Below are positions 9,582-18,591 of a stretch of 64,000 nucleotides of DNA, piece after piece. A model generated the notes under the pieces. The model was not told where the DNA came from. It did not search any database and was given only the letters and a program-made list of their open reading frames with translations. How positions within the stretch are numbered: position 1 is the stretch's first letter; each line of letters opens with the position of its first letter. The stretch comes from an archaeon (GTDB lineage: Archaea > Iainarchaeota > Iainarchaeia > Iainarchaeales > 0-14-0-20-34-12), in contig JBBSVU010000016.1 in assembly GCA_038046645.1 (NCBI GenBank), forward strand, positions 11,998-75,997. The letters are read 5' to 3'. The translations under genes and the position numbers were made by a program.

Positions 9582-9631
9582 AATAATAGCTATAATCCAT
9601 AATTAAAAATAAAAAACAGATGGGCGTGCGG

Positions 9632-9859
9632 TTAAATTAATTTTCCAAATTCTTCTCTTGTTATTTGCAGGTCTTTTTTGATTATTTTGAGCAATAATCC
9701 GGGCCCAATTGGTTCATTTCCGTGAATTGGGATTGTGGTTTTTCTTCCATCAGGATGCGCAAATCTATGATGGCTTCCATCAATTCGTGTTTGTTCAAAA
9801 CCAAGCTCTTTCAGGATTTTAATTAACTTACCTGCTTTTATTGCTTTTAATTTGCTCAC
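9632..9859 (-). CDS. hicA: HicA toxin
   Basis: LGF..TRIDGSHHRFAHPDGRKTTIPIH..IGPGLL. Confidence 0.9.
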   Translation of the reverse strand: MSKLKAIKAGKLIKILKELGFEQTRIDGSHHRFAHPDGRKTTIPIHGNEPIGPGLLLKIIKKDLQITREEFGKLI

Positions 9860-9982
9860 TCATAACGTCTGGCTTGCGGAAGCCATTGCCTTCAGGCAAT
9901 GGTATCGTATTTTTTCTTGAAACATTAACAGTATTGTTCCGCAAGCCCACGCCTTTAGGCGTGGGTTCCCAGACGTTATGAC
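9860..9982 (+). mobile_element. Non-autonomous IS200/IS605-type palindromic element (PATE-like), copy A
   Basis: Preceded by TCAC, ends in TGAC; hairpins GAAG-CCATTGCC-TTCA-GGCAATGG and CAAG-CCCACGCC-TTTA-GGCGTGGG; outer IR TCATAACGTCTGG/CCAGACGTTATGA; removal restores the hicB-stop/hicA-start overlap. Confidence 0.75.
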
Positions 9983-10194
9983 TATACCACAATCTTTTGG
10001 ATTCCAATTAAAGTAGTGTTAGTAATTTCTTCTTTCTCTTTGAGACAAAGCTTGATAGCTTCTTTGGTCCTTTTCATTAATTCATCAAGGGTTTTTGCTT
10101 GCGTATGGCATCCTTCTAATTCTGGAACATCAGCAATAAGCCAGTTATCTTCATCCTTTTCTATTATTACAGTAAATTCTCTTTCCATAAGCAT
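9982..10194 (-). CDS. hicB: HicB-like antitoxin (short form)
   Basis: FTVIIEKDEDNWLIADVPELEGCHTQAKTLDEL. Confidence 0.9.
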   Translation of the reverse strand: MLMEREFTVIIEKDEDNWLIADVPELEGCHTQAKTLDELMKRTKEAIKLCLKEKEEITNTTLIGIQKIVV

Positions 10195-10254
10195 CTTCTT
10201 GTTTAATTATTATTTTAAACTTATCCAATTATCAAAAATAAAAAATAGATGGGA

Positions 10255-10968
10255 TTATTTGATTGAATCCCACATGACCCTGTCTTTTGGGTTTATTGTT
10301 ACTCCGCTGCCTGTTATTTCAAACGGATGTATGTACTTTGACTGGTTTGTGCCCCTCATTTTTTTGACAAAAATGCTCCTGTTTGGCGGGCTGAAGTATA
10401 ATGCGACAATTCCATCAACAACAAATTCTTCTACTCCCATTGATGAATATTCTGTTTTCAATCCAGTGGTTTCTGTTGTCAATAATGTAGTACAGTCCAA
10501 ATCCTTCAATTTGTCCGTAAATCTGTACAACATATTCCTGACCCTTGCCTGCTCAGGCATCCAGATGGCTAAAGCTGTAATACTATCAATCACTAATCTC
10601 TTTGCGCCTATTTCTTCAACAAGTTTGGATATTACCTTTAATTCATCATCTATTTTTTTCTGCATTTCTTTCGTATCTGAAGTATCACTCAAATTTAACC
10701 TATAAATTCGCATCATGTTCTTTTCTTGCAGGCTTCTTATATCCCACCTGAAGCTTTCCATGTTCCATACAATATTCTTTAGGTTTGTTTCAAGTGTGAC
10801 AAATAGCCCAGGCTCTTTATTTTCCAAAGCGCCTCGGTATAAATATTGCATTGCAAAGATTGTTTTTCCTGTTCCCGACCCCCCAGAAACCAAGAAAGAA
10901 GACCCTTTTGGAATCCCTCCTTCTACTAGGTCATCCAAGCCAGTAATTCCACTTTTTACCCTTTCCAT
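10255..10968 (-). CDS. Single-domain KaiC/RAD55-like ATPase
   Basis: SGITGLDDL.EGGIP, GGSGTGKT, RLVIDSI, KKMRGT. Confidence 0.9.
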   Translation of the reverse strand: MERVKSGITGLDDLVEGGIPKGSSFLVSGGSGTGKTIFAMQYLYRGALENKEPGLFVTLETNLKNIVWNMESFRWDIRSLQEKNMMRIYRLNLSDTSDTKEMQKKIDDELKVISKLVEEIGAKRLVIDSITALAIWMPEQARVRNMLYRFTDKLKDLDCTTLLTTETTGLKTEYSSMGVEEFVVDGIVALYFSPPNRSIFVKKMRGTNQSKYIHPFEITGSGVTINPKDRVMWDSIK

Positions 10969-11114
10969 TAAATCACCTAATCCTTGTTAAAGAAATGATT
11001 ATATTAATATAAATTTACTTTATATAATTCTTTCTCTTGCCAGGGCATGCTTATTTTTAGCTATCTTGCGATAATGTTTAATTCATATATTGTTCTGCCA
11101 TTATTATTTATTTG

Positions 11115-11137
11115 GCATAAAGCAACTTGCTTTATGC
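11115..11137. promoter_or_regulatory. Perfect palindrome in the divergent kaiC/metF intergenic region (candidate operator)
   Basis: GCATAAAGCAA-C-TTGCTTTATGC. Confidence 0.4.
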
Positions 11138-11239
11138 TTAAATTTAGCTTAATTTTAATATTCCTATATGAATAATCTATTCAGTAAAATATTAATATGG
11201 GAATATTGAATATATTTAGGCAAGAGCTAAGCAGAATTT

Positions 11240-12235
11240 ATGGAGTTTAACGATATTATGCGATTGTTTGATTTGCGCGGAAAAAAGATAACTGACATAC
11301 TGGCTGAAAATAAATTCACGCTTTCAGTTGAAATTGTGCCATTAAGGAATGGCAAGAGTTATAGTGAAATTTTATCTGCAATTGAAAAGCTTTCCGAGTT
11401 AGGCGTAGATTTTGCTAGTGTGACTAAGGGGGCTGGCGGCGGTTTAAGAGGGGGTTCTTTGCCTTTGAGTTATTTTATTACGCAAAGATTCGGGATTAAT
11501 TCAATAGCTCATTTCACCTGCATGGAAAGGACAAAAGAGCAGATTGAAACAGAATTGGTTGATTACCACCTTTTTGGCATAAAGAATATTTTAGCATTGA
11601 GAGGGGATCCACCAGTGGGTATAAATAACTCTAACCTAAAATCAGATTATGATTATGCTTGGCAGCTTGTTAGGCAGATAAATTCCATGAATAATGGAAT
11701 CTATCTTAAGAGGGCTGAAACAGAAACTGGCGCAGGGGAAAAAACTGATTTTTGTATTGGGGTAGCAGCCTATCCTTCAGCACCTGATATTGATAAACAA
11801 ATAGGGTATTTGGCAAAAAAGGTTGATGAAGGCGCAGAATATGCCCTAACCCAAATGATTTTTGACAGTTCTGTTTATTTTAATTATTTGGACAAGTGTA
11901 AAGATTCTGGAATAAACATCCCAATAATTCCAGGAATAAGGCCAATAGTGAATAAGGCGCAATGCGAATTCAGTGAAAAATTCTTTGGTTTAAAGGTGCC
12001 TAATGAGCTTAAGACTGCTGTTTCTGTCAATGACCCGGCAATTGCAAGGGAGCATGGTTTGAAATATGCAATAGACTTATGTGATGAATTGAAAAAAAAT
12101 GGAGCCCCAGGCATGCATTTATTTGTGATAAATGACATTAATGCAGCATGTGAAATAGTAAATTCGATGAAAAAAAAGGAAAAAAATTCGCAATTTTGCA
12201 GGGATTTTTATAGTAATCCCCCTAAAATAAATTAA
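11240..12235 (+). CDS. metF: 5,10-methylenetetrahydrofolate reductase
   Basis: SVEIVP, SVTKGAGG, AHFTC, NILALRGDPP, TQMIFD. Confidence 0.92.
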   Translation: MEFNDIMRLFDLRGKKITDILAENKFTLSVEIVPLRNGKSYSEILSAIEKLSELGVDFASVTKGAGGGLRGGSLPLSYFITQRFGINSIAHFTCMERTKEQIETELVDYHLFGIKNILALRGDPPVGINNSNLKSDYDYAWQLVRQINSMNNGIYLKRAETETGAGEKTDFCIGVAAYPSAPDIDKQIGYLAKKVDEGAEYALTQMIFDSSVYFNYLDKCKDSGINIPIIPGIRPIVNKAQCEFSEKFFGLKVPNELKTAVSVNDPAIAREHGLKYAIDLCDELKKNGAPGMHLFVINDINAACEIVNSMKKKEKNSQFCRDFYSNPPKIN

Positions 12236-12260
12236 TAACCTGTTCTTCAAATATTTTTCT

Positions 12261-12839
12261 ATGACCAAATTGCCCAATTTTAAAATAACTGTTTCCACAA
12301 GTGAAATTCTAAAACAATTGCGCGATGAAAAACCAGATGAAAGGACAAAAAGAATGATTGCCAGTTTGATAAATAAAAGCAAAGCCCTAATTAATCCTAA
12401 AGCAATTGTTAAAGAATTCAAGATAACCAGAAAAGGGAAAGATTCTGTTGAAATAGGCAAAAAATTAAAAATAAAAAGCAGCAATGTTGCATTCTTGCTT
12501 AAGGATTGTGAAACTGTAACTTTTTTTGCCTGCACGCTTTCCTCAGATTTCCAGGAAAAATCCGAAAATCTTTTAGTTTCCATAGTTGTTGACGCTATTG
12601 GCTCAGTTGCTGTTGAGAAACTTGCTGAAAGGGTAAACAAAGTAATTTTTGAAAAGGCAAAGAAAAAAGGCTTTAAAATCACCCAAAGGTACAGTTGTGG
12701 GTTTGCAGACTGGTCTCTGGATGACCAGCCAAAGATATTGAAAATGCTTGATGCTTCAAAGATTGGATTGAAGGTGAATAAGGCAAATATCTTGATTCCG
12801 AGAAAGTCAATTACTGCAATAATCGGGTGGCATAAGTGA
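12261..12839 (+). CDS. Stand-alone methionine synthase reactivation (SAM-binding) domain
   Basis: FACTL, DAIGSVAVE, RYSCGFADW, IPRKSITAIIG; lies between metF and metH. Confidence 0.85.
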   Translation: MTKLPNFKITVSTSEILKQLRDEKPDERTKRMIASLINKSKALINPKAIVKEFKITRKGKDSVEIGKKLKIKSSNVAFLLKDCETVTFFACTLSSDFQEKSENLLVSIVVDAIGSVAVEKLAERVNKVIFEKAKKKGFKITQRYSCGFADWSLDDQPKILKMLDASKIGLKVNKANILIPRKSITAIIGWHK

Positions 12840-15172
12840 ATATCCTAAAGGAAATGCAGAATAGAATCCTTATTTTGGACGGGGCAATGGGCACAATGAT
12901 TAGCTCATTAGGCTATGCTGAACCTTTGAATGAATTGCTTAACCTGAAAAAGCCCGAGGTTATAGAAAGCATACATAAAGCATATTTGGATGCAGGCGCA
13001 GACATAATTGAAACAAATACATTTTCCGCCAACCGAATAAAGCTTTCTGAATTCAATTTGCAGGATAAAATAAAAGAAATAAATGAAAGCGCTGTTGAGA
13101 TTGCAAGGAAAGCTGCAAAATCAAAAGCTTTTGTTGCTGCAGATATTTCCTTTTCAGGGAAATATATTGAGCCATTAGGCAATCTGACCTTTGACCAAGC
13201 ATATGAAAATTATGCTGAACAAATCAGCTATTTGAAAAAGGCGGATTTGCTTTTGATTGAAACCCTTATGGATATCAAGGATTTGAAAACTTCATTGATA
13301 GCTGCACAGCATAATTGGAAAAAGCCGATATTCTGTTCAATGACCTTTGATAATGATAGAACTTCTACCGGGACTGATATTAAGAGTTATTTAACGGTTG
13401 CAGAATCTTTTGATGTTGACGCTGTTGGTGTTAATTGTGGAGATCCAAAATTGCTTATTAAGATTGTGGAGAAGATGTGCAAGAATACAAACAAGCCTGT
13501 TTTAGTTTATCCTAATGCAGGCATCCCAAAATTGTTAAACGGAAAAACAGTTTTCAATGTCAAGCCAAGAGGAATGGTTCCCTATGCCAAAAAATTTGCT
13601 TCATTTGGTGCCAACATTATTGGCGGATGTTGCGGCACTACGCCTTTACACATAAAAGAGATTGCAAATGCAGTCAAGCAGCTTAAACCCAAAAAAAGAG
13701 ATAATGAAATAGCTTCAAGGGTTTGCTCTGCAAGCAGGACAGTAGAATTTGACAAGAAAATAATTATTGGCGAGAGCATTAACCCTACAAATAAAAAAGA
13801 TTTGGAAAAAGAGATTGAGGAAGGCAAGACTTCTTTAATAAAAACTATTGCATTAAGCGAAAAAAAGGTAGGTGCAGATATTCTTGACGTGAATGTTTGC
13901 ACCCCTATGGGCAACGAAGAAAGCATGCTGCAAAAGGCAGTTCTTGATATTCAATCAGCTGTTGATTTACCTCTTTGCCTGGATTCCAAAAACATAAATG
14001 CATTGGAAAATGCACTCAAAATGTGCAGCGGAAAGCCAATAATTAATTCTGTTGATGGTGAAAAAAAGCACCTAGAAAGCATATTACTCTTGGCAAAGCG
14101 CTATGGTGCATCAGTTATTGCCCTGACCCTTGACAATAAAGGAATACCTAAAACTGCAAATGAAAGATTAAAAATCGCAAAAAGGATTTTGGGCGAAGCA
14201 AAAAAAATCGGTTTAAGCAGCAATGATATTTTATTCGATACCTTAACAATTACTCTTGCAGTTGATGAAAATAATGCGAAAATTACTTTGGATGCACTGA
14301 AAAAAGTAAAAAAATTAGGGCTAAATACAGTCCTTGGCGTTAGCAATATCTCCCATGGATTGCCAAATAGAAGGCAGATTAATTTTTCATTTTTGGTTGA
14401 TGCATTGAATGCAGGGTTGGATGCCGCTATCTTGAATCCTTTTGACAGTGTAATGGTTGAAGCAATGCATGATGTCAAAAGGTTCAGCGATAAAAAATCC
14501 ATTGAAAAGTATATGCGGGCATTCAAGGAGAAAAAAACATTAAATAAAAAGCAGCCGATTAAGGAACAATTGAAGCAGGCAATTATTGACGGCCTGGATG
14601 ACAGCATTGAATCATTGGTGCAAAAAGCCTTGGGAGAATTTTCCCCGCTTGAAATAAATAATTACCTGATTGAAGGCATGGAAGTTGTCGGTAAAAGATT
14701 CAAGGACAAGAAAATATTTTTGCCAAGTGTTTTAATTTCTGCATCTGCAATGAAAAAAGCAACAAATTTCCTGAAGAAAAAAATTGGAAAGAAACAGGAT
14801 AACAAATCAAAGATTGTTTTTGCCACTGTGAAAAATGACATACATGATTTGGGGAAAAATATTGTAATAACACTTTTGGAAAGCCATGGTTTTAATGTGA
14901 TTGACTTGGGTGCGGATGTTTCAGAAAAAAAGATAGTTGAGGCAGCAATCAGGGAAAATGCAGGCATGGTTTGTTTAAGCGCTTTAATGACCACAACAAT
15001 GGTTGAAATGCCGAAAGTGATTGCAGCATTAAGGAATGCAAATTTTAACAAGCCAATATTGATTGGCGGAGCAATTGTAAACCAGAAATTTGCCGAGCAA
15101 TGCAACGCCTATTATGCCAGAAATGCGGTAGAAGGCGTTGATAAAATAAAGGGAATTTTAGCTAGGAAATAG
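12836..15172 (+). CDS. metH: Cobalamin-dependent methionine synthase (Hcy, pterin and B12 domains; no fused reactivation domain)
   Basis: DGAMGT, GVNC, PNAG, GGCCG, IIGESINPT, DIHDLGKN, SALMTTT. Confidence 0.93.
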   Translation: MNILKEMQNRILILDGAMGTMISSLGYAEPLNELLNLKKPEVIESIHKAYLDAGADIIETNTFSANRIKLSEFNLQDKIKEINESAVEIARKAAKSKAFVAADISFSGKYIEPLGNLTFDQAYENYAEQISYLKKADLLLIETLMDIKDLKTSLIAAQHNWKKPIFCSMTFDNDRTSTGTDIKSYLTVAESFDVDAVGVNCGDPKLLIKIVEKMCKNTNKPVLVYPNAGIPKLLNGKTVFNVKPRGMVPYAKKFASFGANIIGGCCGTTPLHIKEIANAVKQLKPKKRDNEIASRVCSASRTVEFDKKIIIGESINPTNKKDLEKEIEEGKTSLIKTIALSEKKVGADILDVNVCTPMGNEESMLQKAVLDIQSAVDLPLCLDSKNINALENALKMCSGKPIINSVDGEKKHLESILLLAKRYGASVIALTLDNKGIPKTANERLKIAKRILGEAKKIGLSSNDILFDTLTITLAVDENNAKITLDALKKVKKLGLNTVLGVSNISHGLPNRRQINFSFLVDALNAGLDAAILNPFDSVMVEAMHDVKRFSDKKSIEKYMRAFKEKKTLNKKQPIKEQLKQAIIDGLDDSIESLVQKALGEFSPLEINNYLIEGMEVVGKRFKDKKIFLPSVLISASAMKKATNFLKKKIGKKQDNKSKIVFATVKNDIHDLGKNIVITLLESHGFNVIDLGADVSEKKIVEAAIRENAGMVCLSALMTTTMVEMPKVIAALRNANFNKPILIGGAIVNQKFAEQCNAYYARNAVEGVDKIKGILARK

Positions 15173-15341
15173 CTAATTTTGCCTTTTTTGGCCTAATTTA
15201 TTAATTCAACAAACGGAAAAGCTTTGGCGCAACGCTTAAATAGTTCTTTTTGTATTTATTCTATTGCCTTATGGCACTGGCAATGGTGGTTAGGGACATC
15301 ATTTGCTGAAGATTTGCCATGCAAAGTTCCACTGTGAGTTT

Positions 15342-16055
15342 ATGGAAGAAGAAATTGTAGATGAAATCCAAATAAATAAGGAAGACGACTTAGTTGATTT
15401 AATCTACATGCCAGCATGGAAGATGATTCTAATAGATGTAATAAAAAATGAGAAATTTGACATCTGGAATATCGATATTTCACTTTTGGCTGAGAAATAT
15501 CTGACTAGAATAAGGGCTTTGCAGGATTCAAACCTAAGGATTCCGGCAAATGCAATCCTTGCTTCTGCATTGCTTTTGCGCTTCAAGAGCAAAACAATAA
15601 AAATTTCTTCGATTGAAGAGGAAGATGAGGATCTGCTTGCACAGCAGCAAGCTAACCTGTATCAGTTTGACGGTTTTATTCCTGAATTAACATCAACAGG
15701 AAAGATGAGGACCGGCAATATTTCACTTGATGAATTGGTGACATCAATTGAAGAAGTCCTTGAAAAAACCTCGAGGCGTGCAATGAAAGTTCCTGTTGAT
15801 AAGCCAGAATTTTTATTAAATTTAGGGTCTGTTGACTGGGACAAGAAAATGGATGAGGTTTTGGCATTAATCCTGCAGAATGTTGATTCCCAAGGCATGG
15901 TCTTATTTTCTTCATTGGCAAATGCTGAAAATGTTGACCATCTGATTGAAACATTTATGTCATTGCTTTTCTTGGCAAACAAAAAGAAGATTTCATTATT
16001 CCAAGAAGAATTTTTCGGCGAAATTTTTATTAATGTCTTGCAGCAGGCAAGCTGA
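15342..16055 (+). CDS. scpA: Segregation/condensation protein A (kleisin)
   Basis: DIWNIDISLLAEKYL, ANAILASALLLRFKS, LFQEEFFGEI. Confidence 0.88.
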   Translation: MEEEIVDEIQINKEDDLVDLIYMPAWKMILIDVIKNEKFDIWNIDISLLAEKYLTRIRALQDSNLRIPANAILASALLLRFKSKTIKISSIEEEDEDLLAQQQANLYQFDGFIPELTSTGKMRTGNISLDELVTSIEEVLEKTSRRAMKVPVDKPEFLLNLGSVDWDKKMDEVLALILQNVDSQGMVLFSSLANAENVDHLIETFMSLLFLANKKKISLFQEEFFGEIFINVLQQAS

Positions 16056-16108
16056 TTAAAAAATAGCAGGCATTTTCCCAACAAGTTATTCGCAAATGTT
16101 GTGCTTGT

Positions 16109-16753
16109 TTAATCATACTTTATTGCAATTGCCTGGATAACATCTGCGATTTCCTTTCCTTTGTCGAAAACATCTTCTAATTCTTCATGCAAATCCTTGT
16201 ATTTTATCAAATCAGTTGCCTTCAATTTTTCATCCCTGAATAGGGCTGAGATAGCTTCTTCATATAAGGAATCGCCCTTGTTCTCAATTAGATATAAGTG
16301 CTCGCACAGCCTTTTTGCCTCAGGCAATTTTCTTAAATTATTCATTATTGAATGTATTTTCTTGGCAAGCTCATAAGCTAATTCTGCTTGCCTGATCATT
16401 AATGGGTTAACGTTTTCAATCCTGTACATTTCCATTTTTCTTGATGTGCCATCCATTAAGTCAAGGATATCATCCATATACACAGTCAAATGGTGTATAT
16501 CTTCCCTGTCAAACGGCGTTACCAGTTTTTTATTCAGCAGTTCAATAATCTCGTATGTTTGCGTATCCCCTTTATCCTCTGCCTTTTTTATTTTTTCAAT
16601 AATCAGCATTCGTTTCTGCTCATCTAAGGAATTATATTCCTTTAAAAAATTAGAAAATTCTTCTGCAGCCCCAAGGACTATTTCGCTTTGCTTGCTTAAC
16701 ATATCAAAAAATTTTGCCTCTTTTGGCATAAAAAAATTTATTATCTTGCGCAT
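16109..16753 (-). CDS. DUF47/PhoU-like phosphate transport regulator
   Basis: EDKGD, LVTPFDREDI, MDDILD, ENKGD. Confidence 0.9.
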   Translation of the reverse strand: MRKIINFFMPKEAKFFDMLSKQSEIVLGAAEEFSNFLKEYNSLDEQKRMLIIEKIKKAEDKGDTQTYEIIELLNKKLVTPFDREDIHHLTVYMDDILDLMDGTSRKMEMYRIENVNPLMIRQAELAYELAKKIHSIMNNLRKLPEAKRLCEHLYLIENKGDSLYEEAISALFRDEKLKATDLIKYKDLHEELEDVFDKGKEIADVIQAIAIKYD

Positions 16754-16848
16754 GATTATTTTGCACCTCAAAAGGTTTATAAATATTAAATTGCTGTTGA
16801 ACCGCCCTGTGCTTTTGAAACTTTTTTATAAGGGAGATTTTTTATAGT

Positions 16849-17760
16849 TTACAAAAAATATAGTGCAACAAACCCAACAATAAAAAGCAGCAAGTGAATG
16901 TAAATTATCCTGTACACCTTTGCCATATCTATTTTTTTTGGGTCTTTCAAAGCTTGCCTGTAGAGCGGAAATGTTAATAATGAAAGCACAATTAGCCAGT
17001 TATATTTCAATGGCAAATAACCCCAATCTTTTAATCCTTGTAGGTATTCCAGCCCAGTTAAAGTCATTAATATAAAAGAAATTGCTCCCAAAGTGATTGC
17101 AATATATGAAAGAATCATTAAATTTTTTTCTCCGAATAAAACAACACTGCTTCTATACCCTAATTCATCCTCTAAATTTTTTGAGGACATCCGGTATAGG
17201 CAGAATCCGCCAAACTGCAATCCGACAATAAACACTAAAGGCAATAGCGGAGCATTAAATGCTTGTGTCAATAAAACCCAGCCAGAGTAAAACCTGAATA
17301 TTGGATTAATTGCCGAGCCAGAGATTAAATCTACAATAGGCCTTTTTTTGAAATTAAATGGTTTTATTGTATATAACGTTTGGTTTGTTACCATGACAAT
17401 TAGGCATATGAGAAATAGGGTCCCAAGATTAAAACCAATCCAGAAAGAAATTGCCAACAATACTGCAACAAGCAATTTTGCCAAATTTATGCTTACATCT
17501 CCGCTTGGCAATGGCCTTTTTTTCTTTATGGGGTGCAAGGCATCCACCCCTTTATCGAATATGTCATTTACAGTGTAAAGGGCAGACCACAGGAAACAAA
17601 CAGAAACCATTCCGTAAAACAGGTTTAAGAAATCTATATCTAGGTTGAACATGTAATGCGCCACAATGACGGCAATTAACATGTTCCCTATCGATTTTGT
17701 CCATTCTGCAGGCCTCATCAAATAAACAAGCCCTGCTGCCTTTGTAAATAAGTCTGACAT
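16849..17760 (-). CDS. UbiA family prenyltransferase
   Basis: LMRP.EW.K, NDIFD..VD..HP.KK.RPLPSG; multiple TM helices. Confidence 0.88.
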   Translation of the reverse strand: MSDLFTKAAGLVYLMRPAEWTKSIGNMLIAVIVAHYMFNLDIDFLNLFYGMVSVCFLWSALYTVNDIFDKGVDALHPIKKKRPLPSGDVSINLAKLLVAVLLAISFWIGFNLGTLFLICLIVMVTNQTLYTIKPFNFKKRPIVDLISGSAINPIFRFYSGWVLLTQAFNAPLLPLVFIVGLQFGGFCLYRMSSKNLEDELGYRSSVVLFGEKNLMILSYIAITLGAISFILMTLTGLEYLQGLKDWGYLPLKYNWLIVLSLLTFPLYRQALKDPKKIDMAKVYRIIYIHLLLFIVGFVALYFL

Positions 17761-17866
17761 GAGTAATTATTCAGTAATCTTATGGGTTAAAAAGATTACT
17801 ATCTTTAATAAAAACATAAAATATTAGCCAATTGTGCTGATAAAGAAATAAATAAAGAATAGATGT

Positions 17867-18409
17867 ATGGTGAATATGCAGGATGCAAAAAAGGTTCTGG
17901 AAGCAGCATTGTTTATGGCCCCCCGGGCTTTGGATTTTAATTATTTCAAAAAGCTTTTAAATTTTGAAACAAAGGAACAGGTTATCCAAACCCTGCGCGA
18001 TTTAAAGGCAGATTATGATGCAAAAGATTCTGCACTGGAAATTTTCATCAATTTAGATGATGAAAAAGCCATGATGCGCGTTAAAGGAGATTATCTGCAG
18101 AATGTTAAGGAATTGGCAACAAATTCCGAGTTCCATGAAGGCTTGCAGAAAACCCTGGCTTTAATTGCATTCAAGCAGCCTGTGAAGCAGAATCTGATTG
18201 TAAAATACCGAAATGTTAAAGCCTATGACCATATTCACATTTTGGAAGAAAAGGGTTTCATAAAAAGAATTCCTGCAGGCAAAACATTTATCCTGCATAC
18301 CACAAAAAAATTCTCAGAATACTTCAACATAGATGCAACAAAAAAGGAAATGGTCCAGAAGACCGCAGAAAATCCACTTGCCGAGGTTTCTAACCCAAAT
18401 CCAAGCTGA
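17867..18409 (+). CDS. scpB: Segregation/condensation protein B
   Basis: LEAALF, KTLALIAFKQPVKQ, TTKKFSEYF. Confidence 0.9.
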   Translation: MVNMQDAKKVLEAALFMAPRALDFNYFKKLLNFETKEQVIQTLRDLKADYDAKDSALEIFINLDDEKAMMRVKGDYLQNVKELATNSEFHEGLQKTLALIAFKQPVKQNLIVKYRNVKAYDHIHILEEKGFIKRIPAGKTFILHTTKKFSEYFNIDATKKEMVQKTAENPLAEVSNPNPS

Positions 18410-18591
18410 TTATTATTTTTAATGGCAATTTTTTATTGTAGAATATCTTCTGCTTGTTCCAAACATACTTGTTCTATTTGTTTTTTGCCCTAATATTAAT
18501 ATATTTAAACAGCTTAGTCTTAATATTAAAAGAAAGTAAAATGGTTTTTTTGAATGGAAAATAATAAGGTTTTTTTGAATGGGGTGTTTTT

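Noticed and set aside
9860..9981. Integron attC, or a TIR-MITE with an ACT/AGT target duplication
   Set aside because: TAAC..GTTA ends resemble attC and ACT flanks both sides, but copies B and C lack the duplication, copy C lacks the attC core, and no integrase is present. The shared TCAC flank and guide-hairpin match favour IS200/IS605. Not fully excluded.
10255..10968. Circadian clock KaiC
   Set aside because: Single-domain protein with no kaiA or kaiB nearby; a common archaeal family.
15262..15340. Possible structured RNA or riboswitch between metH and scpA
   Set aside because: Only a short ATTGCC/GGCAAT stem; no recognisable aptamer consensus.
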